Part shown: in pieces, positions 9,679-18,486 of the stretch
Layout of the letters: the number at the start of each line of letters is the position of its first letter
Numbering within the stretch: position 1 is the first letter of the stretch
Assembly (NCBI GenBank): GCA_963668645.2
Contig: CAXXWC010000018.1
Span: forward strand, 128,001 to 192,000
Direction of reading: 5' to 3'
DNA length: 64,000 nt
DNA from: Desulfobacterales bacterium
GTDB taxonomy: Bacteria > Desulfobacterota > Desulfobacteria > Desulfobacterales > UBA2174
The notes under the pieces: model-generated
The model's database searches: none
What the model was told of the DNA's origin: nothing
What the model saw: the letters and a program-made list of their open reading frames with translations, nothing else
Translations under genes and position numbers: made by a program

Positions 9679-9969
9679 TCAGGCGGGCTCGGGAGGATCG
9701 GCGAAAGGGGCCGGTGGATCGGTGGCACCCGCGCCGTGGACCATTCTTTCGTAAAGCCGCCCGGTATAGTTTTCCTGAATGGCGTCGCGGATGGTGCGCA
9801 TCAGGTAGGCCCGGGTGGCATCTTCCCCGTCCACACTGAGCCGGAAAGCCAGCAGACGCCTGAGCTGGGGATCGTCGCGGTCCCGGTCGGGCACCATGCG
9901 CAAAACCCGCTGAAAGACCATCTGAAAGGGACCGGGCCGGTTGTCCAACGAAATTACCTTGTCTGACAT
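9679..9969 (-). CDS. Hypothetical protein (96 aa)
   Basis: Co-directional with and 29 nt upstream of ltaE; protein-like composition; no family recognised. Confidence 0.6.
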   Translation of the reverse strand: MSDKVISLDNRPGPFQMVFQRVLRMVPDRDRDDPQLRRLLAFRLSVDGEDATRAYLMRTIRDAIQENYTGRLYERMVHGAGATDPPAPFADPPEPA

Positions 9970-10245
9970 CGAAAATCTCCGATAGACATTCGTGAACCGG
10001 GCCGGCGATGCTGCGCCCCGGATTGCTCAAAGATGTTGCTCCCTCCGCCGTCGACTGTCAAGTTCATGATCATTTTGTTGACCCTTTCCAGGCGGGCAGT
10101 CCTTGATCCCGTGCCCCAGGTTGGGGTATATCATCGCCACGTCGGATATAGTCGGGCTTTCCGGTAACGCTTCGATTTTTCGACGATCTACAACGAGAGT
10201 GCCGAGAACAGATCCGGGCTGGATGGCCCTCCATGGAGAACGCGG

Positions 10246-12120
10246 ATGACCAAAACGGCTTATTGGGCCGATAGTTACGTGGAAAAGACCTGCACCGCCG
10301 AGGCGGCCCTGGCCCTGATTCGCCCCGGGCAGCGCGTGTTCGTCGGTTCTTCTTGCGGCGAGCCTCAACACCTGATGCGGACCCTGGCCCGGTCCACCGC
10401 GCGGCTCACCGATCTTGAAATCGTGCGCCTGCTGGCTCTGGAAAGCACGCCCCTGACCCTGATGGAGGGCGAAGAAAAAAACCAGGCCTTCAACATTCGC
10501 AGTTTCTACCTCGGCTCGGCCAAGCGCCGCGCGCTGGAGGCCAACCGGCGTTTTATCACGCCGATGAACCTTTCAGCCATCCCGCTGCTTTTCAAAAGCC
10601 GCCGAATGCCGCTGCACGCCGCTTTGATCCAGGTGTCTCCGCCCGACGATTTCGGCTGGATGAGCCTGGGGATTTCGGTGGATATTACCCTGGCGGCGGC
10701 CCAGGCGGCCGATCTGGTGATCGCCCAGGTCAACCCGCGCATGCCCAGGGTGCTGGGGCGCGGCTTCATCCATGTCAACGATGTGCACCGGATCGTGGAG
10801 TGGGAAGAGCCATTGCTGACCGTGGAGGACCCGCCGGAGATGGAGTCGGCCAACATCATCGGGCGGCTCATCGCCCGGCTCATCGACGACGGCTCGACGA
10901 TCCAGATCAGCCCCGGGGCCACGACCCAGGCCATTCTCTTCGGCCTGGAGAACAAAAACGATCTGGGAGTCCACAGCGAATACATCACCAACGGTATGAT
11001 GCACCTTTTCGCCAAAGGGGTCATCACCAACCGGCGCAAGGGGCACAAGGAGGGACGCCTGGTGGCCACTGCGGCCATCGGGAGCGCCAATCTTTTCGAG
11101 TTTCTGGACGACAACCCGGCCATCGACTTTCAACCCTCGGATTATGTCTGCGATCCGGCCATCATCGCCAGCCATTTTCGCATGACCAGCATGAACGTGG
11201 CCATGGCCATGGACCTTACGGGCCAGGCGGCGGCCGATGCCTTGCATTACAACCTTTTTTCCGGGGTCACGGGGATGCTCGATTTTGTGCGCGGTGCGGC
11301 CCGTGCCGAAGGGGGCAAATCGATTCTGATGCTGCCGGCCACCTCCGGCGATGGCCGGCGCAGCCGGATCGTGCCGATGCTCAATGACACCACCGTGGTG
11401 GTGCCGCGGGGCGACGTGCACTACGTGGTCACCGAGTTCGGGGCGGTCAATCTCTTCGGCAAGAGTCTTCAGGAGCGGGCCATGGCCATGATCAGCATCG
11501 CCCATCCGGATTTTCGCGAGGAACTGTTTCAGCGGGCACGCCAGATGGGGCTTTTAGGGCCGGACCGCACCCTGGGCGAATCGGTCCACGGCATCTACCC
11601 CTTCCGCCTGGAAGAGGAGATCAGTGCCGACGGCCAGACTGTGACCATCCGGCCGTCCAAGCCGGTCGACGAACGGCGCATCCAGGAGCATTTTTACGGC
11701 CTGAACAAGGAAGACGTGGTGGCGCGTTTTTTCCACGAGAAGACCACCTTCGTGCGCGACGAGGTCGCCGAGGTGTCCCAGGTGGACTACGTCAAGGATC
11801 TGACCCTGTTGGCCCTGGTCGGCGAGTTCGGCTTCGGCCGGGTCATCGCCATTGCCGAGTACCTGCTTTTGCCGGCCCGCAACATGGCCGAGGTGGCTTT
11901 TTCGGTGGAGCGCCGATGGCAGGGAAAGGGGCTGGGCAAACTGATGATCCGCAAATTGGCCGATGCGGCCCGGGAAAACGGAGTTGCCGGTCTGGTGGCC
12001 TACACCAGCCCGGAAAATCAGGCAATGATCCGGCTCTTTCGCAATCTGCCATACAAAGTACACACCGCCTTCGAGGCCGATATGCTGCACCTGAGCTGCC
12101 GTTTCGACGAGCCTTTATGA
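10246..12120 (+). CDS. Acetyl-CoA hydrolase / 4-hydroxybutyrate CoA-transferase family protein fused to a C-terminal GNAT domain
   Basis: LIQVSPPD..G..SLG, LGVHSE, GGKSI and VVTEFG motifs, followed by GNAT motifs AEVAF and WQGKGLG. Confidence 0.9.
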   Translation: MTKTAYWADSYVEKTCTAEAALALIRPGQRVFVGSSCGEPQHLMRTLARSTARLTDLEIVRLLALESTPLTLMEGEEKNQAFNIRSFYLGSAKRRALEANRRFITPMNLSAIPLLFKSRRMPLHAALIQVSPPDDFGWMSLGISVDITLAAAQAADLVIAQVNPRMPRVLGRGFIHVNDVHRIVEWEEPLLTVEDPPEMESANIIGRLIARLIDDGSTIQISPGATTQAILFGLENKNDLGVHSEYITNGMMHLFAKGVITNRRKGHKEGRLVATAAIGSANLFEFLDDNPAIDFQPSDYVCDPAIIASHFRMTSMNVAMAMDLTGQAAADALHYNLFSGVTGMLDFVRGAARAEGGKSILMLPATSGDGRRSRIVPMLNDTTVVVPRGDVHYVVTEFGAVNLFGKSLQERAMAMISIAHPDFREELFQRARQMGLLGPDRTLGESVHGIYPFRLEEEISADGQTVTIRPSKPVDERRIQEHFYGLNKEDVVARFFHEKTTFVRDEVAEVSQVDYVKDLTLLALVGEFGFGRVIAIAEYLLLPARNMAEVAFSVERRWQGKGLGKLMIRKLADAARENGVAGLVAYTSPENQAMIRLFRNLPYKVHTAFEADMLHLSCRFDEPL

Positions 12121-12132
12121 ATCGGTATTCAG

Positions 12133-12191
12133 GAATTGTTCGCAATTCAGTCGGCAGGATCTATTGACAAGCAAAACTGTGCAATATAAAT
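12133..12191 (+). promoter_or_regulatory. Candidate promoter of the acs operon with upstream palindrome
   Basis: TTGACA at 12164-12169 and TATAAAT at 12185-12191 (short spacer). Imperfect palindrome GAATTGTTCGCAATTC at 12133-12148. Confidence 0.45.
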
Positions 12192-12433
12192 GGTGATGTT
12201 TAGTTTATGAGCGTTTGTGCAAAACCTCCCCGTACGATCATGTGATTATCACCAAATTGACGTCAGGTGAATCGATTACGAACTGTTTTCGATGCAGTCT
12301 ACTTCGAGAAAGGAGGTGGAATCCGGTACCTTTTGATTTTCCGCGGCCCGATGGGCCACCGCTTAGAAGCGGTAAGGTGAAAGTGGTCGGCAATCACCAT
12401 CAACGCTTATCTTTGGCATAAAGGAGACGGAAA

Positions 12434-14008
12434 TTGGGCTTCGAATTTTACAAGGAATCTTATTCCGGTACGGTCAAGGAGATCACCCTGGGCCAGGGGA
12501 ATAAGGCGGTCACCGTGGGCGGCGAGACCGGTTACCCCTTTTACCACTTCGAAGGCAAGATGCCCCGCAAACCCAGGATCGCCATGGAAATCTGGGACGT
12601 GGAGCCCAGCGATTGGCCTGAAGCAGCCCTGGCCCCCTTCAAGGATGTGGCCGGCGATCCGGCTGCCTGGGCCAAGAAATGCGTCGAGACATACGGCGCT
12701 GATCTGATCGTCCTGCAGCTCAAGAGCACGGACCCCAACGGCGTCAACGCCAGCCCCGAAGAGGCGGCGGCCATAGTCCAGAAGGTCCTGGAGGCCATCG
12801 ACGTGCCTCTAGTGGTCTGGGGAACGGCCAACCACGAGAAGGACGAGGCCGTTCTCAAGCAGATCAGCGAGACCTGCCAGGGCAAGAACCTGGTGCTCGG
12901 TCCGGTGGAAGACAAGAACCACAAGGGGATCGGGGCCAGCGTAATGGCTTACGGGCACGCGATCATCAGCTCTTCGCCCATCGATGTCAATCTGGCCAAG
13001 CAGGTCAACATTCTGCTTGAAAATCTGGGCGTATCGATGGACAAGGTTATCGTCGATCCCACCACCGGCGGCCTCGGCTACGGGCTGGAATACTCTTACT
13101 CGGTTATGGAGCGGTTGCGCATGGCGGCCCTGCAACAGGGTGACGACAAGCTCCAACTGCCCATCATCAACAATCTGGGCAACGAAATCTGGAAGTGCAA
13201 GGAAGCCAAGCAGACCGTTGACGAAGCCCCGACCCTGGGCGACCCGGAAAAACGCGGGATCCTCATGGAGGCCGTGGGCGCGGTGTGCTATCTGGTGGCC
13301 GGCAGCGATGTGCTGATCATGCGCCACCCCGAATCGATCCGTATGGTCAAGGCCTTCATCGACCTGATGGTCGACGGCGGCAGTGCCGCTGATGTGGCGG
13401 CCATTGAAAAACGGCTCGAAGCGGTCCAGATCGATCTGGCGGCTCTGGCGCCGGAGCCGGACCTGACCATCGCTGAGGAAAAGAAGGCGGCGGCCAAGCC
13501 GGTTGCAGCACCCAAAGCGGCTCCCAAGGCGGCAGCCGAAGCCAAGCCGGCGGCGGCGCCCAAAGCGGCGGCCAAACCGGCTCAAGCGCCCAAGGCGGAA
13601 GTGGTAGCCGCTCCGGCTCCGGCTGAAGACACCGCCGCCAAGGCGGAAGCCGAAGCCAAAGCCAAGGCGGAAGCGGAAGTCAAGGCCAAGGCGGATGCCG
13701 AAGCCAAGGCCAAAGCGGATGCGGCAGCCAAAGTCAAGGCGGAAGCGGAAGCCAAAGCCAAGGCCGAAGCCGAGGCCACGGCCAAGGCGGAAGCCGAAGC
13801 CAAGGCCAAGGCCGAAGAGCACGCCAAGGCGGAAGCCGAAATCGAGGCCATCCGCCAAAAGCGGGCCGCGGAGCGCGCAGAGCGCATGGCCAAGAAGGCC
13901 GTCGCGGGCGAAGGGGCGGTGAGCATGACTCCGGCCGCCGTTCAAAAGAGCATGCTCGACAAGCTCTCCGAGCGGCTGGACTGGGTCCATCGGCGCACCT
14001 GGCCCTGA
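12434..14008 (+). CDS. acsD: Corrinoid iron-sulfur protein small subunit (CODH/ACS delta) with long low-complexity C-terminal extension
   Basis: CdhD motifs VGGETGYPFY.FEG, SPIDVNLAKQ, DPTTGGLGYGLEYSYSVMERLR and MRHP; TTG start behind AAAGGAG. Confidence 0.95.
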   Translation: MGFEFYKESYSGTVKEITLGQGNKAVTVGGETGYPFYHFEGKMPRKPRIAMEIWDVEPSDWPEAALAPFKDVAGDPAAWAKKCVETYGADLIVLQLKSTDPNGVNASPEEAAAIVQKVLEAIDVPLVVWGTANHEKDEAVLKQISETCQGKNLVLGPVEDKNHKGIGASVMAYGHAIISSSPIDVNLAKQVNILLENLGVSMDKVIVDPTTGGLGYGLEYSYSVMERLRMAALQQGDDKLQLPIINNLGNEIWKCKEAKQTVDEAPTLGDPEKRGILMEAVGAVCYLVAGSDVLIMRHPESIRMVKAFIDLMVDGGSAADVAAIEKRLEAVQIDLAALAPEPDLTIAEEKKAAAKPVAAPKAAPKAAAEAKPAAAPKAAAKPAQAPKAEVVAAPAPAEDTAAKAEAEAKAKAEAEVKAKADAEAKAKADAAAKVKAEAEAKAKAEAEATAKAEAEAKAKAEEHAKAEAEIEAIRQKRAAERAERMAKKAVAGEGAVSMTPAAVQKSMLDKLSERLDWVHRRTWP

Positions 14009-14058
14009 GCCTGCGCAACCCTATCCTGACATTCCACAACGATGAGGAGGAACCTCAG

Positions 14059-16098
14059 ATGCCCGAAGAGAAAAAGATCATAAAGAAGGTCGAAAAAGCC
14101 GTGAAGGTGGCCGACCCCGTCGCCTCGACCATCGATCCGGCCAGCCAGATGATGATCCGCCGGTCCCAGGAACTTAATATCGAGACCTGCTTTGACCGTG
14201 CGGTCAAGATGAAGCCCTGCAACATCGGCAATACCGGGATTTGCTGCAAAAACTGCGGCATGGGACCCTGCCGTCTGACCCTGCCTAAGGATTACGACGA
14301 AGCCACCGACATCGAGACCCGCAAGGGGATCTGCGGCGCCTCTGCCAATACCGTGGCCGCGCGCAACTTCATCCGCATGATCGCCGGCGGCGCAGCAGCC
14401 CACTCCGACCACGGCCGTTGCGTGGCTGAAGTATTCCTCTCCGCTGCCCGCAAGGAGAGTGATGCCTACAAGATCAAAGACACGCGCAAGCTTCTGGAAG
14501 TCGCCCCCCACCTGGGGGTTGCCACCACGATAGAGGTCGACGGCGAGGTCAAGGACCGCGACATCGACGAGATCGCCGTGGAAGTGGGCGAAGCGGCCAT
14601 GGCCGAGTGGGGCAAGCCCGATGGGGAATTGCTCTACGCCAAGCGCGCGCCCAAGGCCCGCTACGAGCTGTGGCAGAAAATGGGGGTCCTGCCGCGCAAC
14701 ATCGACCGGGAAATCGTCGAGATCATGCATCGCACCCACATCGGGGTCGACCAGGACTACAAGAACCTGATGAAGCAGGGCACCCGCGCGGCCATCGCCG
14801 ACGGCTGGGGCGGCTCGATGCTGGCCACCGACCTGCAGGACATCCTCTTCGGCACCCCCTACCCGCTGGCCAGCGAAGCCAACCTCGGGGTGTTGCGCGA
14901 AGATCATGTCAACATCGTGATTCACGGCCACGAGCCGGTGCTCTCCGAGATGATCGTGGTAGTGGCCCAGAAGCCCGAGATCCTTGAATACGCCAAGAGC
15001 AAGGGAGCCAAGGGTATCCAGCTTTCGGGGATCTGCTGTACGGCCAACGAGATTCTGCAGCGCCACGGCGTGCCCCTTTGCGGTACCTTTTTGCAGCAGG
15101 AACTGGCCATCATCACCGGGGCGGTGGACGCCATGGTGGTGGACATCCAGTGCATCTTCCAGAATGTGGCCAACGTGGCCAACTGCTTCCACACCAAGCT
15201 GATCACCACCCACCCCATCGCCCGCATGGAGCAGGAGAACGCGGTGCACATCGAGTTTGACGAGCACCACGCCCTGGAGGATGCGGAAAAGATCGTGCGC
15301 ATGGCCATCGACAACTACCCGAACCGCCGAAACGAGGTGATGATTCCCAAGCAGAAGTCGCCCATCGTGGCCGGCTTCGGCGTGGAGTCCACCGAGTACC
15401 ATCTGGGCGGCACCTTCCGCGGCTCGTACTACACCCTCAACGACAACATCATCAACGGCCGCATCCGGGGTATCGGCGGTGTGGTGGGCTGCAACAACGC
15501 CCGCACGCGCCACAACGAGGGGCACATCGAGGTGGTCAAGGAGCTGATCAAGAACGACGTGGTCGTGCTCACCACCGGCTGCAACGCCATCGCCTGCGCC
15601 ATGGAAGGGCTGCTGACGCCCGAATCGGCCAAGGTCTTCTGCGGGCCGGGGCTGGCCGAGGTCTGTGAGACGGTCGGCATTCCGCCGGTGCTCCATCTGG
15701 GCTCCTGCGTGGACAACAGCCGCATCCTGCTGGCGGCCACCGAGGTGGTCAAGGCCGGCGGTCTGGGCAACGACATCAGCGAGCTGCCGGTGGCCGGCTC
15801 TGCGCCGGAGTGGATGAGCGAAAAGGCGATTTCCATCGGTCACTATTTCGTGGCCTCCGGCGTGTACACCGTCTTCGGCGTGAACCTGCCGGTCCAGGGA
15901 GCGCCTGTCTTCCAGCGCTATCTGTTCGAGGAGTTCGAAAAAATGTACGGCGGCATGTGGGATCTGGTGATCGACCCCATCGAGCACGCCCGGGCGATGA
16001 TCGCCCACATCGACAAGAAGAGAAAGGCCCTCGGCATCGACAAGGCGCGCGAGCGCGTCCTGATGGACATGGCCGACCGCCAGGCGCTGGAAGCCTAA
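14059..16098 (+). CDS. cooS: Anaerobic carbon-monoxide dehydrogenase catalytic subunit (CooS/AcsA)
   Basis: D/B-cluster motif PCNIGNTGICCKNCGMGPC; AHSDH; C-cluster ligand motifs HGHEP, GICCT, VDIQC, GCNN, TTGC and GSCVDN; SEKA. Confidence 0.97.
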   Translation: MPEEKKIIKKVEKAVKVADPVASTIDPASQMMIRRSQELNIETCFDRAVKMKPCNIGNTGICCKNCGMGPCRLTLPKDYDEATDIETRKGICGASANTVAARNFIRMIAGGAAAHSDHGRCVAEVFLSAARKESDAYKIKDTRKLLEVAPHLGVATTIEVDGEVKDRDIDEIAVEVGEAAMAEWGKPDGELLYAKRAPKARYELWQKMGVLPRNIDREIVEIMHRTHIGVDQDYKNLMKQGTRAAIADGWGGSMLATDLQDILFGTPYPLASEANLGVLREDHVNIVIHGHEPVLSEMIVVVAQKPEILEYAKSKGAKGIQLSGICCTANEILQRHGVPLCGTFLQQELAIITGAVDAMVVDIQCIFQNVANVANCFHTKLITTHPIARMEQENAVHIEFDEHHALEDAEKIVRMAIDNYPNRRNEVMIPKQKSPIVAGFGVESTEYHLGGTFRGSYYTLNDNIINGRIRGIGGVVGCNNARTRHNEGHIEVVKELIKNDVVVLTTGCNAIACAMEGLLTPESAKVFCGPGLAEVCETVGIPPVLHLGSCVDNSRILLAATEVVKAGGLGNDISELPVAGSAPEWMSEKAISIGHYFVASGVYTVFGVNLPVQGAPVFQRYLFEEFEKMYGGMWDLVIDPIEHARAMIAHIDKKRKALGIDKARERVLMDMADRQALEA

Positions 16099-16140
16099 CC
16101 CGACCCCAAAAGGACCAAGTCCTCAACGAAGGAGGAAGAC

Positions 16141-18354
16141 ATGTCGAAGCTTGTTGCCTTTGCAGCCATACAGGGCGGCTACAACGTCGTCTCCAAGACC
16201 GAGGGCCTCTACCGCAAGGCCCTGCAGACCTACAACGCCGATACCAAAATCGAGTTTCCCAACACGGGCTATTATCTGCCGGTGATCTATTCGCTGCTGG
16301 GAATCCCGGTCAAGACCCTCGAGGACATGCAACAGCCGCTGGCCTTCGCCCGCAAGCTGCTGCCGCCCCACGTCAAAAACGTCAACCACCTGCCGTATCT
16401 CGGCCCCCTGCTGGACGCCGGTATGGCGACCCTGCTGGCCTTCGAGATCCAGGAGGCCCTGCGCATCCTGGACGAGCCGGATTTCTACTTTCCCCAGGAA
16501 GATCCGGACATCGATAACGGCAAGATCTGGGTCGGCCCGGCCGACGATATCATCCTGCGCAAGCGCGGGGTCGAATTCGTGGACGGTTCGGCGCCCGGGT
16601 TCGCCGCCATCGTCGGCGCGGCGCCTACCAAGGAGATTGCCAAAGATATCGTCGAAGGCTACCAGAAAAAGAACCTGTACATCTTTTGCGCCGCCAACCA
16701 GAACGGCACCTCGGTGGTCGAGCAGCTCATCGAGGCCGGAGTCCAGATCGGCTGGAACACCCGCATCGTGCCCTTCGGGCCGGACATCACCTCGGCCATC
16801 TTCGCCCTGGGATTCGCCAACCGGGCCGCCATGGCCTTCGGCGGGGTCCAGCCGGGTGACTACAAGAAGATTCTCAAGTACAACAAGGACCGTATCTTCG
16901 CCTTTGTCAACGCCCTGGGCGAGGTCGGCACCGACTGGGCCGGGGCCGCGGCCGGCTGCGTCAACTGGGGTTTTCCCACCATTGCGGATACGGATATCCC
17001 CGAGATCCTGCCCACCGGGATCTGCACTTACGAGCACGTGGTGGCCAACGTGAGCCACGACGAGATGGTGCAGAAGTCCATCGAAATCCGCGGCCTTAAG
17101 GTCCAGGTCACCGAGATCAACATCCCCTGCGCCTTCGGTCCGGCTTTCGAAGGCGAGCGGGTGCGCGGGGCCGATCTGTTCTGCCAGATGGGCGGCGGCA
17201 AGACCCAGTGCACCGAGTATCTCCAGATGGCCGAGATGAACGAGATCGAGGACGGCAAGGTCACCGTGGTGGGCAAGGACATCGGTGATCTGAAGCAAGG
17301 CGAGGTTCTGCCGCTGGCGATCTTCATGCAGGTGGCCGGCCGCGAGTTCCAGCCGGACTTCGAGCCGATCCTCGAACGCCAGACCCACCACTTGGTCAAC
17401 TATATCCAGGGCATCATGCACATGGGCCAGCGCGACATCGCCTGGGTGCGCGTGAGCAAGGCCGCGGTGGAAAAGGGCTTCACCCTCAAGGACATCGGGG
17501 TGGTGCTGCACGCCAAGTTCCACCAGGATTTTGGCAAGATCCTCGACAAGGTCCAGGTGACCCTCTACACCAACAAGGAAGACGTGGACAAGATTACGGC
17601 CCAGGCGCGTGCCGCCTACAAGCAGCGCGACGAACGGGTCGAGAAGATGACCGACGAAGACGTCGAGGTTTTCTATTCGTGCACCCTGTGCCAGTCCTTC
17701 GCGCCGACCCACGTCTGTTCGGTGAGCCCCGAGCGCACCGGCCTGTGCGGGGCCTACAACTGGATGGACTGCAAGGCCTCTTACGAGATCAACCCCACCG
17801 GCCCCAATCAGCCCATCGAAAAGGGCGAGTGCCTCGACCCGGTGCTCGGCCAGTGGGCCGGGGTCAACAATTTCGTCAACAAGGCCTCGCGCGGGGCCAT
17901 CACCCACTACAACTTCTACTCGCTGGTGATCGATCCCATGACCACTTGCGGTTGCTGCGAGTGCATCGCCGCCATGCTGCCGGCCTGTAACGGCGTCATG
18001 ACGGTCAACCGCGAGTATACCGGCGAGACCCCCTGCGGGATGAAGTTCACCACCCTGGCCGGGGTCATGGGCGGCGGGGCTTCCTCGCCCGGGTTCGTCG
18101 GCCACAGCAAGTTCAACATCTGCCAGAAGAAATTCATCAAGGGCGACGGCGGCCTGCTGCGTATGGTCTGGATGCCCAAGAGCCTCAAAGAGGAGATCAA
18201 AGAGCGCCTGGACCGTTTTGCCGCCGAGTTGGGAGTGCCCAACTTCTATGACATGATCGCCGACGAGACGATCGGTACCACCGAAGAAGAGATCCTGCCC
18301 TTTCTCCAGGAAAAGGGCCATCCAGCGTTGAATATGGACCCGCTGGTCGGTTGA
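16141..18354 (+). CDS. acsB: Acetyl-CoA synthase (ACS; CdhC)
   Basis: FPNTGYYLP; A-cluster motifs YSCTLCQSFAPTHVC, PERTGLCGA and PMTTCGC; DGGLLRMVWMPK. Confidence 0.97.
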   Translation: MSKLVAFAAIQGGYNVVSKTEGLYRKALQTYNADTKIEFPNTGYYLPVIYSLLGIPVKTLEDMQQPLAFARKLLPPHVKNVNHLPYLGPLLDAGMATLLAFEIQEALRILDEPDFYFPQEDPDIDNGKIWVGPADDIILRKRGVEFVDGSAPGFAAIVGAAPTKEIAKDIVEGYQKKNLYIFCAANQNGTSVVEQLIEAGVQIGWNTRIVPFGPDITSAIFALGFANRAAMAFGGVQPGDYKKILKYNKDRIFAFVNALGEVGTDWAGAAAGCVNWGFPTIADTDIPEILPTGICTYEHVVANVSHDEMVQKSIEIRGLKVQVTEINIPCAFGPAFEGERVRGADLFCQMGGGKTQCTEYLQMAEMNEIEDGKVTVVGKDIGDLKQGEVLPLAIFMQVAGREFQPDFEPILERQTHHLVNYIQGIMHMGQRDIAWVRVSKAAVEKGFTLKDIGVVLHAKFHQDFGKILDKVQVTLYTNKEDVDKITAQARAAYKQRDERVEKMTDEDVEVFYSCTLCQSFAPTHVCSVSPERTGLCGAYNWMDCKASYEINPTGPNQPIEKGECLDPVLGQWAGVNNFVNKASRGAITHYNFYSLVIDPMTTCGCCECIAAMLPACNGVMTVNREYTGETPCGMKFTTLAGVMGGGASSPGFVGHSKFNICQKKFIKGDGGLLRMVWMPKSLKEEIKERLDRFAAELGVPNFYDMIADETIGTTEEEILPFLQEKGHPALNMDPLVG

Positions 18355-18486
18355 TGCGAAACCGGTTGCCGCGGCGGGCTGTGGGCATGGCCCGCACGCA
18401 GCCCCCGCGGCGGCCCTGACCTGCAACGGCATTTGCCCGCGGTGCTCCGTGCACCGCGCATGACCATCATCACTAAGGAGACGAAG

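Noticed and set aside
12215..12421. 68 aa ORF in the acs leader as a leader peptide or Ni-chaperone
   Set aside because: TTG start without an RBS and no CooC/CooT/AcsF motifs.
13490..13850. Tandem DNA repeats (GCCAAGGCGGAAGCCGAA-like) as a CRISPR array or VNTR element
   Set aside because: They are in-frame coding repeats of the AcsD Ala/Lys/Glu tail, with no unique spacers and no cas genes.
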